A DNA stretch of 64,000 nt from a bacterium (GCA_965203325.1 OZ241875.1:2432001-2496000); one strand, 5' to 3'. Shown: positions 32,479-42,330, counted from the stretch's first letter. The notes: a model not told the origin generated them from the letters alone. Program-made: numbers and translations.

Positions 32479-33447
32479 TTGGCGAAATCGACTTCCGGGT
32501 TATCCCGAAAACGCATGGGCGAGATGTACCGCACCATGCTGCGGATCCGCCGCTTCGAGGAGACGGCGGACGATATGTATATGGCGGGCAAGGTGGTGGG
32601 CGGCGTGCACGTGAGCATCGGTCAGGAGGCGTGTTCGGCAGGCGTGTGCGCGGCCTTGCGGGAAGACGACGCCGTGCTCACCACCCACCGGGGGCACGGC
32701 CACTCCATCGCCAAGGGAACGCGCCTGCCCGAGATGCTGGCCGAACTGATGGGGAAGGTGACCGGTCTTTGCCGTTCCAAGGGCGGCTCGATGCACATCG
32801 CCGACGTGTCGAAGGGCCACTACGGCGCGCATTCCATCGTGGGCGCGAACATGCCGATGGCGGCGGGCATCGGCCTGGCATATCAGCTCGAAGGGAAAGA
32901 CCGGGTGGCGGTGGTTTTCTTCGGAGACGGGGCCTCGAACAACGGCGCTTTTCACGAGGCGATGAACCTGTGCGCCATCTGGAAGCTGCCGGTCGTGTTT
33001 TTCTGCGAGAACAACCAGTACGCCGTGAGCGTGCCGGCGGAGTATTCCACGGCGGTGGATGACATCAGCGTGCGCTCGAAGGGCTACGACGCCCCCGGCC
33101 TGACGGTGGACGGCATGGACGCGGCGGCGGTGTATGAGGCGAGCCGCGAGGCCGTGGCCCACGCGCGGCGCGGTCTGGGGCCGAGTCTCATCGAGGCGAA
33201 GACCTACCGGTTTTTCGGCCACTCGCGCGGCGACCCGCACTACGGCATGTACCGCACGAAAGAGGAATGGGAGGGCTGGAAGGAAAGAGACCCCCTCATC
33301 GTGTGCGAGAAGATGCTCAAGATGACGGAGAAACAAAAGAAAGCGCACGCCGACGCGGTGGAGGCGGAGATTCAGGAAGCAATCGACTTTGCGGAGAGCA
33401 GTCCCGAGCCCGAAGAAAGCGTGGCGCTCGAGGACATCTTCGCCTGA
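32479..33447 (+). CDS. TPP-dependent dehydrogenase E1 alpha, copy 2
   Basis: Same motifs as copy 1; probable TTG start after GAGGA. Confidence 0.93.
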   Translation: MAKSTSGLSRKRMGEMYRTMLRIRRFEETADDMYMAGKVVGGVHVSIGQEACSAGVCAALREDDAVLTTHRGHGHSIAKGTRLPEMLAELMGKVTGLCRSKGGSMHIADVSKGHYGAHSIVGANMPMAAGIGLAYQLEGKDRVAVVFFGDGASNNGAFHEAMNLCAIWKLPVVFFCENNQYAVSVPAEYSTAVDDISVRSKGYDAPGLTVDGMDAAAVYEASREAVAHARRGLGPSLIEAKTYRFFGHSRGDPHYGMYRTKEEWEGWKERDPLIVCEKMLKMTEKQKKAHADAVEAEIQEAIDFAESSPEPEESVALEDIFA

Positions 33448-33458
33448 GGGAATCCGGG

Positions 33459-34442
33459 ATGCCTGAACTCACATACGTCGAAGCCCTGAACGAGGCGCTC
33501 CACGAGGAGATGGCGCGCGATGAGAAGGTGTTTCTGATGGGCGAGGACGTGGCGTTCGATTATTTCGGCGTGTGCTCGGGGCTGGCTGATCGCTTCGGGC
33601 GCGACCGGGTGCGCGACACGCCCATCTGCGAACTCGGTTTCACGGGCGCAGGCGTGGGTGCGGCGATGGCGGGTTTCCGCCCCATCGTGGACTTGCGCTT
33701 CATGGACTTCACCACCTACGCGCTTGACCCCATCGTGAACCAGGCGGCGAAGCTGCGCTACATGCTGGGGGGACAGCTATCGGTTCCCATGGTGGCGCGG
33801 ATACCCAGCGGCGCGGGCCTTCAGTACGGCGCGACGCACGGGCAGTCGCTCGAAGCGTGGTTCATGCAGGTGCCGGGGCTGAAAGTCCTCTACCCGAGTT
33901 GTGCGCCCGACGCCAAGGGGCTGCTCAAGGCCGCCGTTCGCGACGAAAACCCGGTCATGTTCATCGAGCACAGGCTGCTCTACGCGCAAAAGACGAAGCA
34001 AAGCGTGCCGGATGGCGATCACACCACCCCCATCGGGGTGGCCGACGTGAAGCGGTCGGGCGCGGACGCCACCATCGTGGGAATCGGCTATCAGATGGGC
34101 CATTGCCTCGAAGCGGCGGAGGCGCTGGCGGGAGAGGGAATCGAGTGCGAGGTCATCGACCCGCGTTCACTCTCGCCCCTGGACGTGGAGACCATCACGG
34201 CCTCCGTTCGCAAGACGAGCCGCTGCGTCATCGTGGAAGAGGGCCACCTGAGGAGCGGCGTAGGCGCGGAAATCTCGGCCGCCATACAGGAGGCGGTTTT
34301 CGAATACCTCGACGCGCCCATCGGCCGCGTGGCCGCGCTCATGGCGCCGATTCCCGTTCAGACGAAACTCGAGAAATTCGTGCTCCCGAGCACGGAGAAA
34401 GTCATCGCGGCGGTCCGCAAGACCCTGGGCGTCGCCGCCTGA
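33459..34442 (+). CDS. TPP-dependent dehydrogenase E1 beta, copy 2
   Basis: MGEDV, DTPICE, HGQSLEAW, FEYLDAPI. Confidence 0.93.
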   Translation: MPELTYVEALNEALHEEMARDEKVFLMGEDVAFDYFGVCSGLADRFGRDRVRDTPICELGFTGAGVGAAMAGFRPIVDLRFMDFTTYALDPIVNQAAKLRYMLGGQLSVPMVARIPSGAGLQYGATHGQSLEAWFMQVPGLKVLYPSCAPDAKGLLKAAVRDENPVMFIEHRLLYAQKTKQSVPDGDHTTPIGVADVKRSGADATIVGIGYQMGHCLEAAEALAGEGIECEVIDPRSLSPLDVETITASVRKTSRCVIVEEGHLRSGVGAEISAAIQEAVFEYLDAPIGRVAALMAPIPVQTKLEKFVLPSTEKVIAAVRKTLGVAA

Positions 34443-34445
34443 TCC

Positions 34446-35429
34446 TCAGTCCTGGGCGACGATGGGGTTTCTCAGAACCCCCACATGCTCGACCTCGCAT
34501 TCCACCACGTCACCCGGCTTGAGCAGATAGGGTTCGGGGTCTTCCTGCTCCAGGGCCACGCCGCAGAAAGTGCCCGATGAGATGATGTCTCCCGGCTCCA
34601 GCGACATCTGGCTGTAGAAGGCGATGAGTTCGGGTATCTTGAAGATCATGTCGGTCAGAAGCTCGTCCTGTCGCGTCTCTCCGTTCACCCGGCATTGCAC
34701 TCGCAGCGATTCGGGGTTCGGCACCTCGTCGGCGGTGACGATGTAGGGGCCGATGGGGTTGGTGGTGTCGAAGTTCTTGCCCAGGAAAACGCCGCCCAAA
34801 GCGGCGGATCGCTGCACCTCGCGCGCCGTGATGTCGTTGTAGACCGTATAGCCCATGATGGCGTCGAAGGCGTTCTCGGGTTTCACGTCCTTGCAGTATT
34901 TGCCGATGATGAAGCCGACCTCCACCTCGTAATCCAGCATCTTGGTCTGTTTGGGATAGATCACGGGCTCCTCGTGGCCGACGAGCGAGGAGTCGAAGCG
35001 CGGCGCGCCCGGCACGTTCTCGGGAACCGCATGGCCCGTGTTGGCGACGTGCTTGTTCGAGTTGAGCCCGGTGTGGAAGAACTTGCCGGGATGCGGAATC
35101 GGCGCCCTGAGTCGCACGTGGCGGTCTTTCAGGGCGGCGAGTTCGCCGTCCGGCCCCGCAGGCTCTCCGCCCGAAGCGATGATGGCCTCCGCATGGCCGA
35201 GCGCCGCGCCTGCCGCCGCCATGGCCGGTTCGCCGCCGCATAGAAATTCGCGCATGTCCCGGGGAATCCGCGCGTTCGCCATGGCGAAGGGGCGTCCTTC
35301 ACCCTCTTTTTCCGCGAGATAGCTCGCGTAGGCGAGGCGCAGGTCGAGGGTTCGCCCGTCTTTCAGAACGGCGCCCAGTCGGTCTCCGGTCGCGCCCGGC
35401 GAGAGGTTCCTGTAGGTGGCGAGTTTCAT
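34446..35429 (-). CDS. Fumarylacetoacetate hydrolase family protein
   Basis: LDYEVE, NDITARE, GKNFD, PGDIISSGT. Confidence 0.93.
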   Translation of the reverse strand: MKLATYRNLSPGATGDRLGAVLKDGRTLDLRLAYASYLAEKEGEGRPFAMANARIPRDMREFLCGGEPAMAAAGAALGHAEAIIASGGEPAGPDGELAALKDRHVRLRAPIPHPGKFFHTGLNSNKHVANTGHAVPENVPGAPRFDSSLVGHEEPVIYPKQTKMLDYEVEVGFIIGKYCKDVKPENAFDAIMGYTVYNDITAREVQRSAALGGVFLGKNFDTTNPIGPYIVTADEVPNPESLRVQCRVNGETRQDELLTDMIFKIPELIAFYSQMSLEPGDIISSGTFCGVALEQEDPEPYLLKPGDVVECEVEHVGVLRNPIVAQD

Positions 35430-35687
35430 GGGTTTCTCCTTTCGGTGATGAAAGCGCAAAGATTTTCGCATGTATGGGGGTCGTGCATCGCAATTTCCGC
35501 ATCCTACAGAACGAAGGCGCGGGTTGTCCATGAAGCGGGGAGGCGCACCGCGCATGCAGGTTTGAATGGCTTCAGGTTATGCGCAAGTGCCACGGCTCTT
35601 GACGAGCCGCCGAAAGAAGGGGATAAGTAATCTCTCACGTATATATGGCGTATTTGTATTCAATCGTTTTTCGGCAAGGGTTTCACC

Positions 35688-36707
35688 ATGCGCACCTATA
35701 TCATCAGACGCTGCCTGCAAAGCTTCATCGTGTTCGGGGCGATACTGATCCTCGTGTTCTCGATGCTCCAGATCACGGGGAATCCCGCGGCGGTCCTCAT
35801 GCCGCTCGATTCCACCGAAGAGGACATCGAGGCCTTCAGCAAGGAGATGGGCTTCGATCAGCCCATACCGATCCAGTTCGCCAAGTTCATCCTGGGATCG
35901 GACCTGGTGGACGACCTGCTCGGCACAGACAGAGAGAAAGTGAAGGTCGATGAACTCGAACGCGACCCCGACGCGCCCAAGATCGTCCGCACCAAGGGCG
36001 TGATTCGAGGCGATTTCGGGTTTTCCTATAGGCACGAGATACCGGCGATGGGCCTCGTGCTCGAGCATTTCCCCAACACCGTTCTCCTCGCCCTGGTGGC
36101 GGTCCTGATAGCCGTGGTGATATCCATACCCGCCGGGGTCTTGTCTGCCACCTTCCGCAATACGTGGATCGACTACTCCAGTTCGGTCGGCGCGATGTTC
36201 GGCCAGTCGATGCCGAACTTCTGGCTCGGCCTTTTGCTCATCATATTCTTCGCCGTGTATCTCGGCTGGCTGCCCACCTCGGGTTACGACGCCTGGTATT
36301 ACATCATCCTGCCGTCGATCACGGCGGGTCTTTACGCCACCGCGCGGATCACGCGCCTCGTGCGCTCCCAGATGCTCGACGTGCTGGGCATGGACTACGT
36401 GCGCACGGCGCGCTCGAAGGGAATCGTGGAGTGGCTCGTGGTCATTCGCCACGCGCTCAAGAACGCATCCATCCCCGTCGTCACCCTGGTGGGTTTCGAA
36501 CTCGGCATTCTGCTCGGCGGCACGGTGGTGACCGAGGCCGTCTTCGCGTGGCCGGGCGTGGGCTTTCTGGTGGTGGACGCCATCAACAACCAGGACTACC
36601 CCATCGTCCAGGCGGCGGTGGCGCTTCTGGCGTTCGTGTTCGTTTTCGTGAACCTCGTGGTCGACATCTTGTACGCATGGCTCGACCCGAGGATTTCCTA
36701 TAGCTAA
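35688..36707 (+). CDS. Peptide ABC transporter permease (DppB-like)
   Basis: GDFGFSY, PNFWLG, DYVRTARSKG, LYAWLDPRI. Confidence 0.95.
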   Translation: MRTYIIRRCLQSFIVFGAILILVFSMLQITGNPAAVLMPLDSTEEDIEAFSKEMGFDQPIPIQFAKFILGSDLVDDLLGTDREKVKVDELERDPDAPKIVRTKGVIRGDFGFSYRHEIPAMGLVLEHFPNTVLLALVAVLIAVVISIPAGVLSATFRNTWIDYSSSVGAMFGQSMPNFWLGLLLIIFFAVYLGWLPTSGYDAWYYIILPSITAGLYATARITRLVRSQMLDVLGMDYVRTARSKGIVEWLVVIRHALKNASIPVVTLVGFELGILLGGTVVTEAVFAWPGVGFLVVDAINNQDYPIVQAAVALLAFVFVFVNLVVDILYAWLDPRISYS

Positions 36708-36723
36708 GGGGTAAGGACACACG

Positions 36724-37653
36724 ATGGTTGTCGACGACAGGGCGGCGACGCTCGACATCGAAATCGATGAGGATACCGAACGGGGGCCGAGCGATTTTCA
36801 ACTCGCCATGCAGGAGTTAAGGCGCAGGCCGCCGGCGATATTCGGCGCGTTCTTCGTCTCCCTCGTCATCATCTTCGCCCTCGTGCCCGAGTTGTTCTCT
36901 CCGCTGGACCCGCTCTCCCAGGACCTGGGACGCTACCTGAAACCCCCCGGCTTCGTGGACAAGGCGGGAGACACCTACTGGCTCGGCACCGACCAGCAGG
37001 GCCGCGATATCCTGAGCCGCATCGTCTGGGGCTCGCGCATCTCGCTCATCGTCGGCATCGCCGCCGTCATCGTGAGCGGACTCATCGGCATCACCGTCGG
37101 CATCATCGCGGGCTATTTCGGCGGCTGGATCGACACCATCATCAGCCGCATCATCGATACGGCCCTTGCCGTCCCATTCATCCTGCTCGCCATCAGCCTG
37201 GTGGCGATACTGGGGCCGAGTCTCCAGAACATCGTCCTGGTCATCGCGCTCAGGACCTGGCTCGTCTACGCGCGGGTGGTGCGCGCGGAGGTGCTCTCCA
37301 TCAAGGAGAACGAGTTCGTCACCGGAGCGAGGGCGACCGGCTGCGGCACGGTGCGGATCCTGTTCATCTATCTCTTCCCGAACGTGGCTTCCACGACCAT
37401 CGTCATCGCCACCCTGTACCTGGGCCGGATGATCATCATCGAATCGGCGCTCTCCTTCCTGGGACTGGGCGTGCCGCCTCCCACGCCGACGTGGGGCGGA
37501 ATGCTCGCCGACGGCAGGAGTTTCCTCGACACGGCCTGGTGGATAGCGCTCTTCCCGGGCCTCATCCTCATGCTCACGGTGTTGAGCGTGAACCTTCTGG
37601 GCGACTGGCTGCGCGACGTGCTCGACCCGAGAATGAAGCGCCTGGCCGAGTAG
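36724..37653 (+). CDS. Peptide ABC transporter permease (DppC-like)
   Basis: LGTDQQGRD, ESALSFLGLG, GDWLRDVLDPR. Confidence 0.95.
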   Translation: MVVDDRAATLDIEIDEDTERGPSDFQLAMQELRRRPPAIFGAFFVSLVIIFALVPELFSPLDPLSQDLGRYLKPPGFVDKAGDTYWLGTDQQGRDILSRIVWGSRISLIVGIAAVIVSGLIGITVGIIAGYFGGWIDTIISRIIDTALAVPFILLAISLVAILGPSLQNIVLVIALRTWLVYARVVRAEVLSIKENEFVTGARATGCGTVRILFIYLFPNVASTTIVIATLYLGRMIIIESALSFLGLGVPPPTPTWGGMLADGRSFLDTAWWIALFPGLILMLTVLSVNLLGDWLRDVLDPRMKRLAE

Positions 37654-37678
37654 CGCCCCCGGCGGGAGGATACCTTCC

Positions 37679-38671
37679 ATGTCGAACCCCCAGCTTCCTT
37701 CGAGCGTTCTCGTGCGCGACGTCGTCATGCGCGACGGCATCCAGAACCTGAAACAGGTGCTGCCCACCGAACTGAAGATCGAGATCATCGAAGGCCTGGC
37801 GGACGCAGGCATCCGCCGCATCGAGGCCACGAGCTTCATGAACCCCAAGGCCGTGCCCGCCACGGCGGACGCGGACGAGGTGATGCGCCGCATCGAGCGA
37901 AAGCCGGGCGTGACCTATGAGTGCCTCGTTGCCAACGAGCGCGGCGCGCGCCGGGCGGTGGACGCAGGGAGCGACGGGGTGCAGCAGGTCATCTCCATCA
38001 CGGACGTTCACAACCGCGCGAACGTGAACCGCTCCGTCAAGCAGAGCCTGGAAGAGATGGCCAAAATTTCCAAGATCGTGAAGGGCGCGGGGGTTCCCTT
38101 CAGCGGGGCGATCAGCCTCTCGACGGGGTGCCCCTACACCGGGCGCGTGGCGGAAGAGGTGGTCTACGACATCGCCGAAAAATACGACACGCTGGGCGTG
38201 GACGAGTTTTTCCTGTGCGATTCGATGGGCATGGGCGACCCCGCGCGGATGGGCCGCATGGTGAGCGAACTGCGCCGCCGCTGGCCGGAGAAGGGCCTCG
38301 TCGTCCATCTCCACAATACGCGCGGCATGGGCCTCGCCAACGCCCTCGCCTCGATGCAGGCGGGAGCGGACGTGCTGGACGGCTCTTTGGGCGGCATCGG
38401 GGGCTGCCCCTTCGCGCCGAACGCTTCGGGCAACATTTCCACCGAAGACCTGGCCCACATGCTCTGGCTGATGGAGGTGGAAACGGGGGTCGACGTGGAC
38501 GCCCTGGTCCGCCTGGCGGAGAAGCTGGCCGACGCCATGGAAGCCCCCCTGCACGGCACGGTGTTAAAGGCGGGCAAGAGCTTCACGAAGACGCCCACGC
38601 CCGAGTGGCTCCTCGTGGATGAGGACGCCCGCACCACCCAGGCGGTGGATGAACTGGCCGTGCGGTTCTAG
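37679..38671 (+). CDS. HMG-CoA lyase family protein
   Basis: RDGIQN, HLHNTRG, GGCPFAP..SGNISTED. Confidence 0.92.
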   Translation: MSNPQLPSSVLVRDVVMRDGIQNLKQVLPTELKIEIIEGLADAGIRRIEATSFMNPKAVPATADADEVMRRIERKPGVTYECLVANERGARRAVDAGSDGVQQVISITDVHNRANVNRSVKQSLEEMAKISKIVKGAGVPFSGAISLSTGCPYTGRVAEEVVYDIAEKYDTLGVDEFFLCDSMGMGDPARMGRMVSELRRRWPEKGLVVHLHNTRGMGLANALASMQAGADVLDGSLGGIGGCPFAPNASGNISTEDLAHMLWLMEVETGVDVDALVRLAEKLADAMEAPLHGTVLKAGKSFTKTPTPEWLLVDEDARTTQAVDELAVRF

Positions 38672-38722
38672 GCGGGCAGTGTCCCCTCCCATCACCCCGA
38701 GGCGTTATATGCGAGCAAAAAA

Positions 38723-38774
38723 GTAGGGACAGCCCCTCCTCAGGGCCGTCCCACAGGTCGCGACCTGTCCCTAC
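38723..38774. repeat. GTAG-type REP palindrome between convergent genes
   Basis: GTAGGGACAG...ACAGGTCGCGACCTGTCCCTAC; same family as the elements near 7368 and 59844. Confidence 0.75.
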
Positions 38775-38806
38775 AGAGTCGATACAAATTGCACGCATGC
38801 CCCCCA

Positions 38807-40018
38807 TTACCCCAAATCGATCCCCTCGCTCTTGAGCTTTTCTTCCGTGTAGCCCAGTTGCTCGATCAAGACCTCGCGGTTGCTGTTCCCCAGAGGCTCG
38901 CCCGCGTGGCGCACCTTGCCGGGCGTGCGCGAGAGCTTGCCGAAGGCTTCCTGCATCCGCACCGGGCCGCCGAGTTCCGCGTCTTGCACCTCGGTGATGT
39001 TCCCGCGCGCGACGACCTGTTCGTTCTCCACCACCATCTTCACGTTGTTGATGGGGGTGGCCGCGCCCTCGAACGCGGTCAAGCGCTCCATCACCTCATC
39101 GAGGGTGAGGGTGATTAACGTCTTCTGGAGTTCGTCCTCGATGGCGTCCGCGTTCTTCATGCGCTCGCGGTTGTCGGCGAACCTCGGGTCGGCAATCAAA
39201 TCCTCGCGCCCCAGCCCCCGGCAGATGTTCTCGAAGATGGACTGGTTCGAACCGGCGATGAGCACCCAATGGCCGTCTTTGGTCTCGAAGTTGTTCCTCG
39301 GCACCGCGAACTCGAGGCGCGAGCCGCTCCTGCCCTGGATGAAATCGAGCTGATCGTAGTAGATCACCTGGGGCCCCAGCATGGTGAGCAGCTGCTCGTA
39401 GATGGCGAGATCGATCTGCTGGCCCGCGCCGCCCCTTCGCTCGCGCTCGAACAGGGCGGTCATCACCAGAAACGCCGCCCCGATGCCCGTCGAGCAATCC
39501 CCCAGCCCCCAGGAGGGGCTGAGCGGCGGGCCGTCGGGGTAGCCGTTGATGTGGCTAAAGCCCGCGAAAGCCTCGGCCAGCGAGCCGAAGCCGGGGCGGT
39601 TCCTGTAGGGGCCCGTCCTGCCGAACCCCGTGATGGAGAGCATGATGACGGCGGGGTTCACCTCTTTTAAGTTCTCATAATCCAGCCCCCATTTTTCGAG
39701 CACGCCGGTGCGGTAGTTCTCCACGACGACGTTGGCCCCGGCCACGAGTTTCTTGACCGCCTCGACGCCGAAGGGGGTCCTCAAGTCGAGCGTCACGCTC
39801 TTCTTGTTGCGGTTGATCATCTTGTAGTAGAGGCCCACGCCGTTTTTGTTGTGGCCCCAAAGGCGCATGGGGTCGCCGCCCCTGGGGTTTTCGATCTTGA
39901 CGACATCCGCGCCGTAGTCGGCGAGATACATCGTGCAGAGCGGCCCCGCCAGATAGTTCGACATGTCCACGACCCGCACGCCCGCGAGGGGCATGCGCGC
40001 GGTTTGTTCATCGTTCAT
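38807..40018 (-). CDS. CaiB/BaiF family III CoA transferase
   Basis: PLAGVRVVD, AGP, GADVVKIE, NRNKKSVTLDL, ENYR, active-site Asp in LGD. Confidence 0.95.
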   Translation of the reverse strand: MNDEQTARMPLAGVRVVDMSNYLAGPLCTMYLADYGADVVKIENPRGGDPMRLWGHNKNGVGLYYKMINRNKKSVTLDLRTPFGVEAVKKLVAGANVVVENYRTGVLEKWGLDYENLKEVNPAVIMLSITGFGRTGPYRNRPGFGSLAEAFAGFSHINGYPDGPPLSPSWGLGDCSTGIGAAFLVMTALFERERRGGAGQQIDLAIYEQLLTMLGPQVIYYDQLDFIQGRSGSRLEFAVPRNNFETKDGHWVLIAGSNQSIFENICRGLGREDLIADPRFADNRERMKNADAIEDELQKTLITLTLDEVMERLTAFEGAATPINNVKMVVENEQVVARGNITEVQDAELGGPVRMQEAFGKLSRTPGKVRHAGEPLGNSNREVLIEQLGYTEEKLKSEGIDLG

Positions 40019-40126
40019 GGGTTGTCCTCACGAGAAAGCCTTCGCCTGCGTGTTCAGGAAACGGGGAGAATGCTATCATCCGGCGAAGCCTTTTGGAATC
40101 AACAGAACGCCTCACAGGAGATAGCC

Positions 40127-41239
40127 ATGGGCTACCGGGGCATGCACGTCGTGGACGCCGACGCGCACTATCTCGAGGAAATCCGCGATTTCGCCAAGTA
40201 TCTCAAGGGCCCCTCGGTCGAGCGTTTCGCCGACTGGAGCGGGCAGTACCACATGCCCGCCCTGGTGGGAGAGCAGTACGACGTCATGCTCCACGGCCGC
40301 ACCGTGCGGGGCGCCGAGGCGGGCAAGGGCGATCAGGACGAGATGCTCGGCATGTCGAGTCCCGCCGACATTCCCGTCGTGATGGAGCGCTTCGGCATCG
40401 ACACCATCGTCATGATCCCCACCTACATGCTCATGGTCGAGTTCGTGCGCAACGCGAACCACGCCATGGACATCTGCAACGGCTACATCGACTACATGCT
40501 GGACGGCGTATGCGCCCCCGAGGAGGGAATCTACACGCTGGTAGTGGCCGCGGGCCGCGACCCCGAGCGCGCCGCGAAGATGATAGACCGCGTGGCGGGC
40601 AATCCCGCCGTCTGCGGGGTGGAGATGCTCGGGAGCGTCGAGCTCCCCTTGGGGGCCGAGGCGTACAACCCCATCTACGAGGCGGCGCAGCACCACGGGC
40701 TTCCGGTCGTCTTGCACGCGAACTTCCTGGGGCCCGACCTTTCGAGCTTCGCCAAGTTTCCCTCCTTTTTGGAAAGCCACGCGCTGGACATGACGTGGTG
40801 CAACCAGGTGCAGCTCGTGAGCATGGTGATGGAGGGTGTGCCCGAGCGGTTCCCGGACCTCAAGATCGTATTTCAGGAGAGCGGCATCACCTGGGTGGCG
40901 GGCCTCATGTACCGCCTCGACACCGAATACATGCGCCGCCGCGTGGAAGCGCCGCTGCTTCGGAAGCTGCCGAGCGAATACATCAAGGATTTCTACTTCG
41001 GCACCCAGCCGATGGAGGATATGCCGAGAAAGCACTTGAAGATGTTTTTCGACCTGCTCGACGCGGAGAACACCTTCATCTACGCGAGCGACTGGCCCCA
41101 TTTCGATTACGACGAGCCCTCGGCGGTCGCCGACTTGCCCTTCCTGAGCGATGCGGGCCGCCGCAAAATCATGGGCGAGAACGCGCTCGGCGTCTTCCGC
41201 TTCACGGAGAAGACGGTGAATCTGGAAGTGAGCGCCTAG
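40127..41239 (+). CDS. Amidohydrolase_2 TIM-barrel protein, candidate dinuclear oxygenase subunit
   Basis: VDADAH, VVLHA, ESH, GVPERFPDLKIVFQESG, SDWPHFDYD; abuts the Rieske gene. Confidence 0.85.
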   Translation: MGYRGMHVVDADAHYLEEIRDFAKYLKGPSVERFADWSGQYHMPALVGEQYDVMLHGRTVRGAEAGKGDQDEMLGMSSPADIPVVMERFGIDTIVMIPTYMLMVEFVRNANHAMDICNGYIDYMLDGVCAPEEGIYTLVVAAGRDPERAAKMIDRVAGNPAVCGVEMLGSVELPLGAEAYNPIYEAAQHHGLPVVLHANFLGPDLSSFAKFPSFLESHALDMTWCNQVQLVSMVMEGVPERFPDLKIVFQESGITWVAGLMYRLDTEYMRRRVEAPLLRKLPSEYIKDFYFGTQPMEDMPRKHLKMFFDLLDAENTFIYASDWPHFDYDEPSAVADLPFLSDAGRRKIMGENALGVFRFTEKTVNLEVSA

Positions 41240-41617
41240 ATGGCGAGGCGGCTCTGGGCGGCACGCGCCTCCGAGATAGGCCCCGGCGAGCGGATTCGCC
41301 TGGAACTCGGCGGTCTCAATCTCGGGATATTCCGCTTGAGCGACGGTTTTTTCGCGCTGGAGGACAAGTGCCCGCACCAGCAGGGTCCCGTGTGCTCGGG
41401 GAACCTCTTTCGCGAGATTACGGCAACTGTGGCGGAAGACGGCAGGGTGCGCGAGCGCTACGCGCGCGATGAGGCGGACGTGGTCGCGTGCCCCATGCAC
41501 GGCTGGGAGTTCAAGGTCAGGACGGGGGAATGCCTCGCCAACCGCAGGCGGAAAGTCCAGCGCTTTCCCGTGGAAGTCGACGGGGAGGACCTCTACGTCA
41601 TCCTGCCGGGAGGGTGA
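41240..41617 (+). CDS. Rieske [2Fe-2S] ferredoxin
   Basis: CPHQQG...CPMHGWEF; start codon directly follows the amidohydrolase stop. Confidence 0.95.
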   Translation: MARRLWAARASEIGPGERIRLELGGLNLGIFRLSDGFFALEDKCPHQQGPVCSGNLFREITATVAEDGRVRERYARDEADVVACPMHGWEFKVRTGECLANRRRKVQRFPVEVDGEDLYVILPGG

Positions 41618-41725
41618 GGAGTCAAAACCGACCGGGGAGGGGGGGTTGCCTTTGTGGGGTTTCCCTTTCAGAGGGTTGCCATTCCCCTCTCAGGGGGTTT
41701 TTCAACGCTCTCCGAATCCGCGCTG

Positions 41726-41756
41726 TTGACAACCCCGCTGCAAACGCCACTATAAT
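41726..41756 (+). promoter_or_regulatory. Consensus sigma70 boxes with a 19-bp spacer
   Basis: TTGACA-19 nt-TATAAT upstream of the VOC gene. Confidence 0.55.
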
Positions 41757-41841
41757 TTCTCTTATCTATTCAAGTTCGACCCGAGCAGCCGGGAGGATAG
41801 AGGCCTCCTCTTTTCGGCTCACTTTTTCTGGAGGGGAAAAG

Positions 41842-42234
41842 ATGTCCATGCCCACCTACGGTTACGATCACTTACACTTCCGAAGCGAGGATCCCCACGC
41901 CGCCAGAAAATTCTGGGAGGAGATGTTCGGCGCGAAGGTGGTGGACGAGGGCGACCTGGGCGGCTCGCCGATTTTCCGCTTCGATCTGAACGGCATGAGC
42001 TTTCTGGTCTCGGGCCGGGCGGAGGGCGAGAACCCCGTGCGCACGACGAGCGACCCGCGCTATGGTCTCGATCATTTCGGCCTCGTCGTCGACGACATGG
42101 AGGGGGCCGAGGCCGACTTGCGCGCGAAAGGAGCCGACTTCATCTGCGATCCGTGGGAGATCGGCCCGGGCACGAAGATCGCCTTCATCAGAGGGCCGGA
42201 CGACATCAGCATCGAGCTCGTCTCGCGCAGCTAG
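41842..42234 (+). CDS. VOC/glyoxalase family protein
   Basis: YDHLHF, GLDHFGL, AFIRGPDDISIEL. Confidence 0.9.
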   Translation: MSMPTYGYDHLHFRSEDPHAARKFWEEMFGAKVVDEGDLGGSPIFRFDLNGMSFLVSGRAEGENPVRTTSDPRYGLDHFGLVVDDMEGAEADLRAKGADFICDPWEIGPGTKIAFIRGPDDISIELVSRS

Positions 42235-42301
42235 GGGGGGTTGCCTGAAGCGGCGAGACGGCGCGAGTGGGGATTCGGGAATTTGCCCGAAAAGCGCAAA
42301 A

Positions 42302-42330
42302 TTGACACTTTTTAGGAACCCTGCTAGCAT
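42302..42330 (+). promoter_or_regulatory. Putative sigma70 promoter of the sugar ABC operon
   Basis: TTGACA-17 nt-TAGCAT. Confidence 0.55.
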
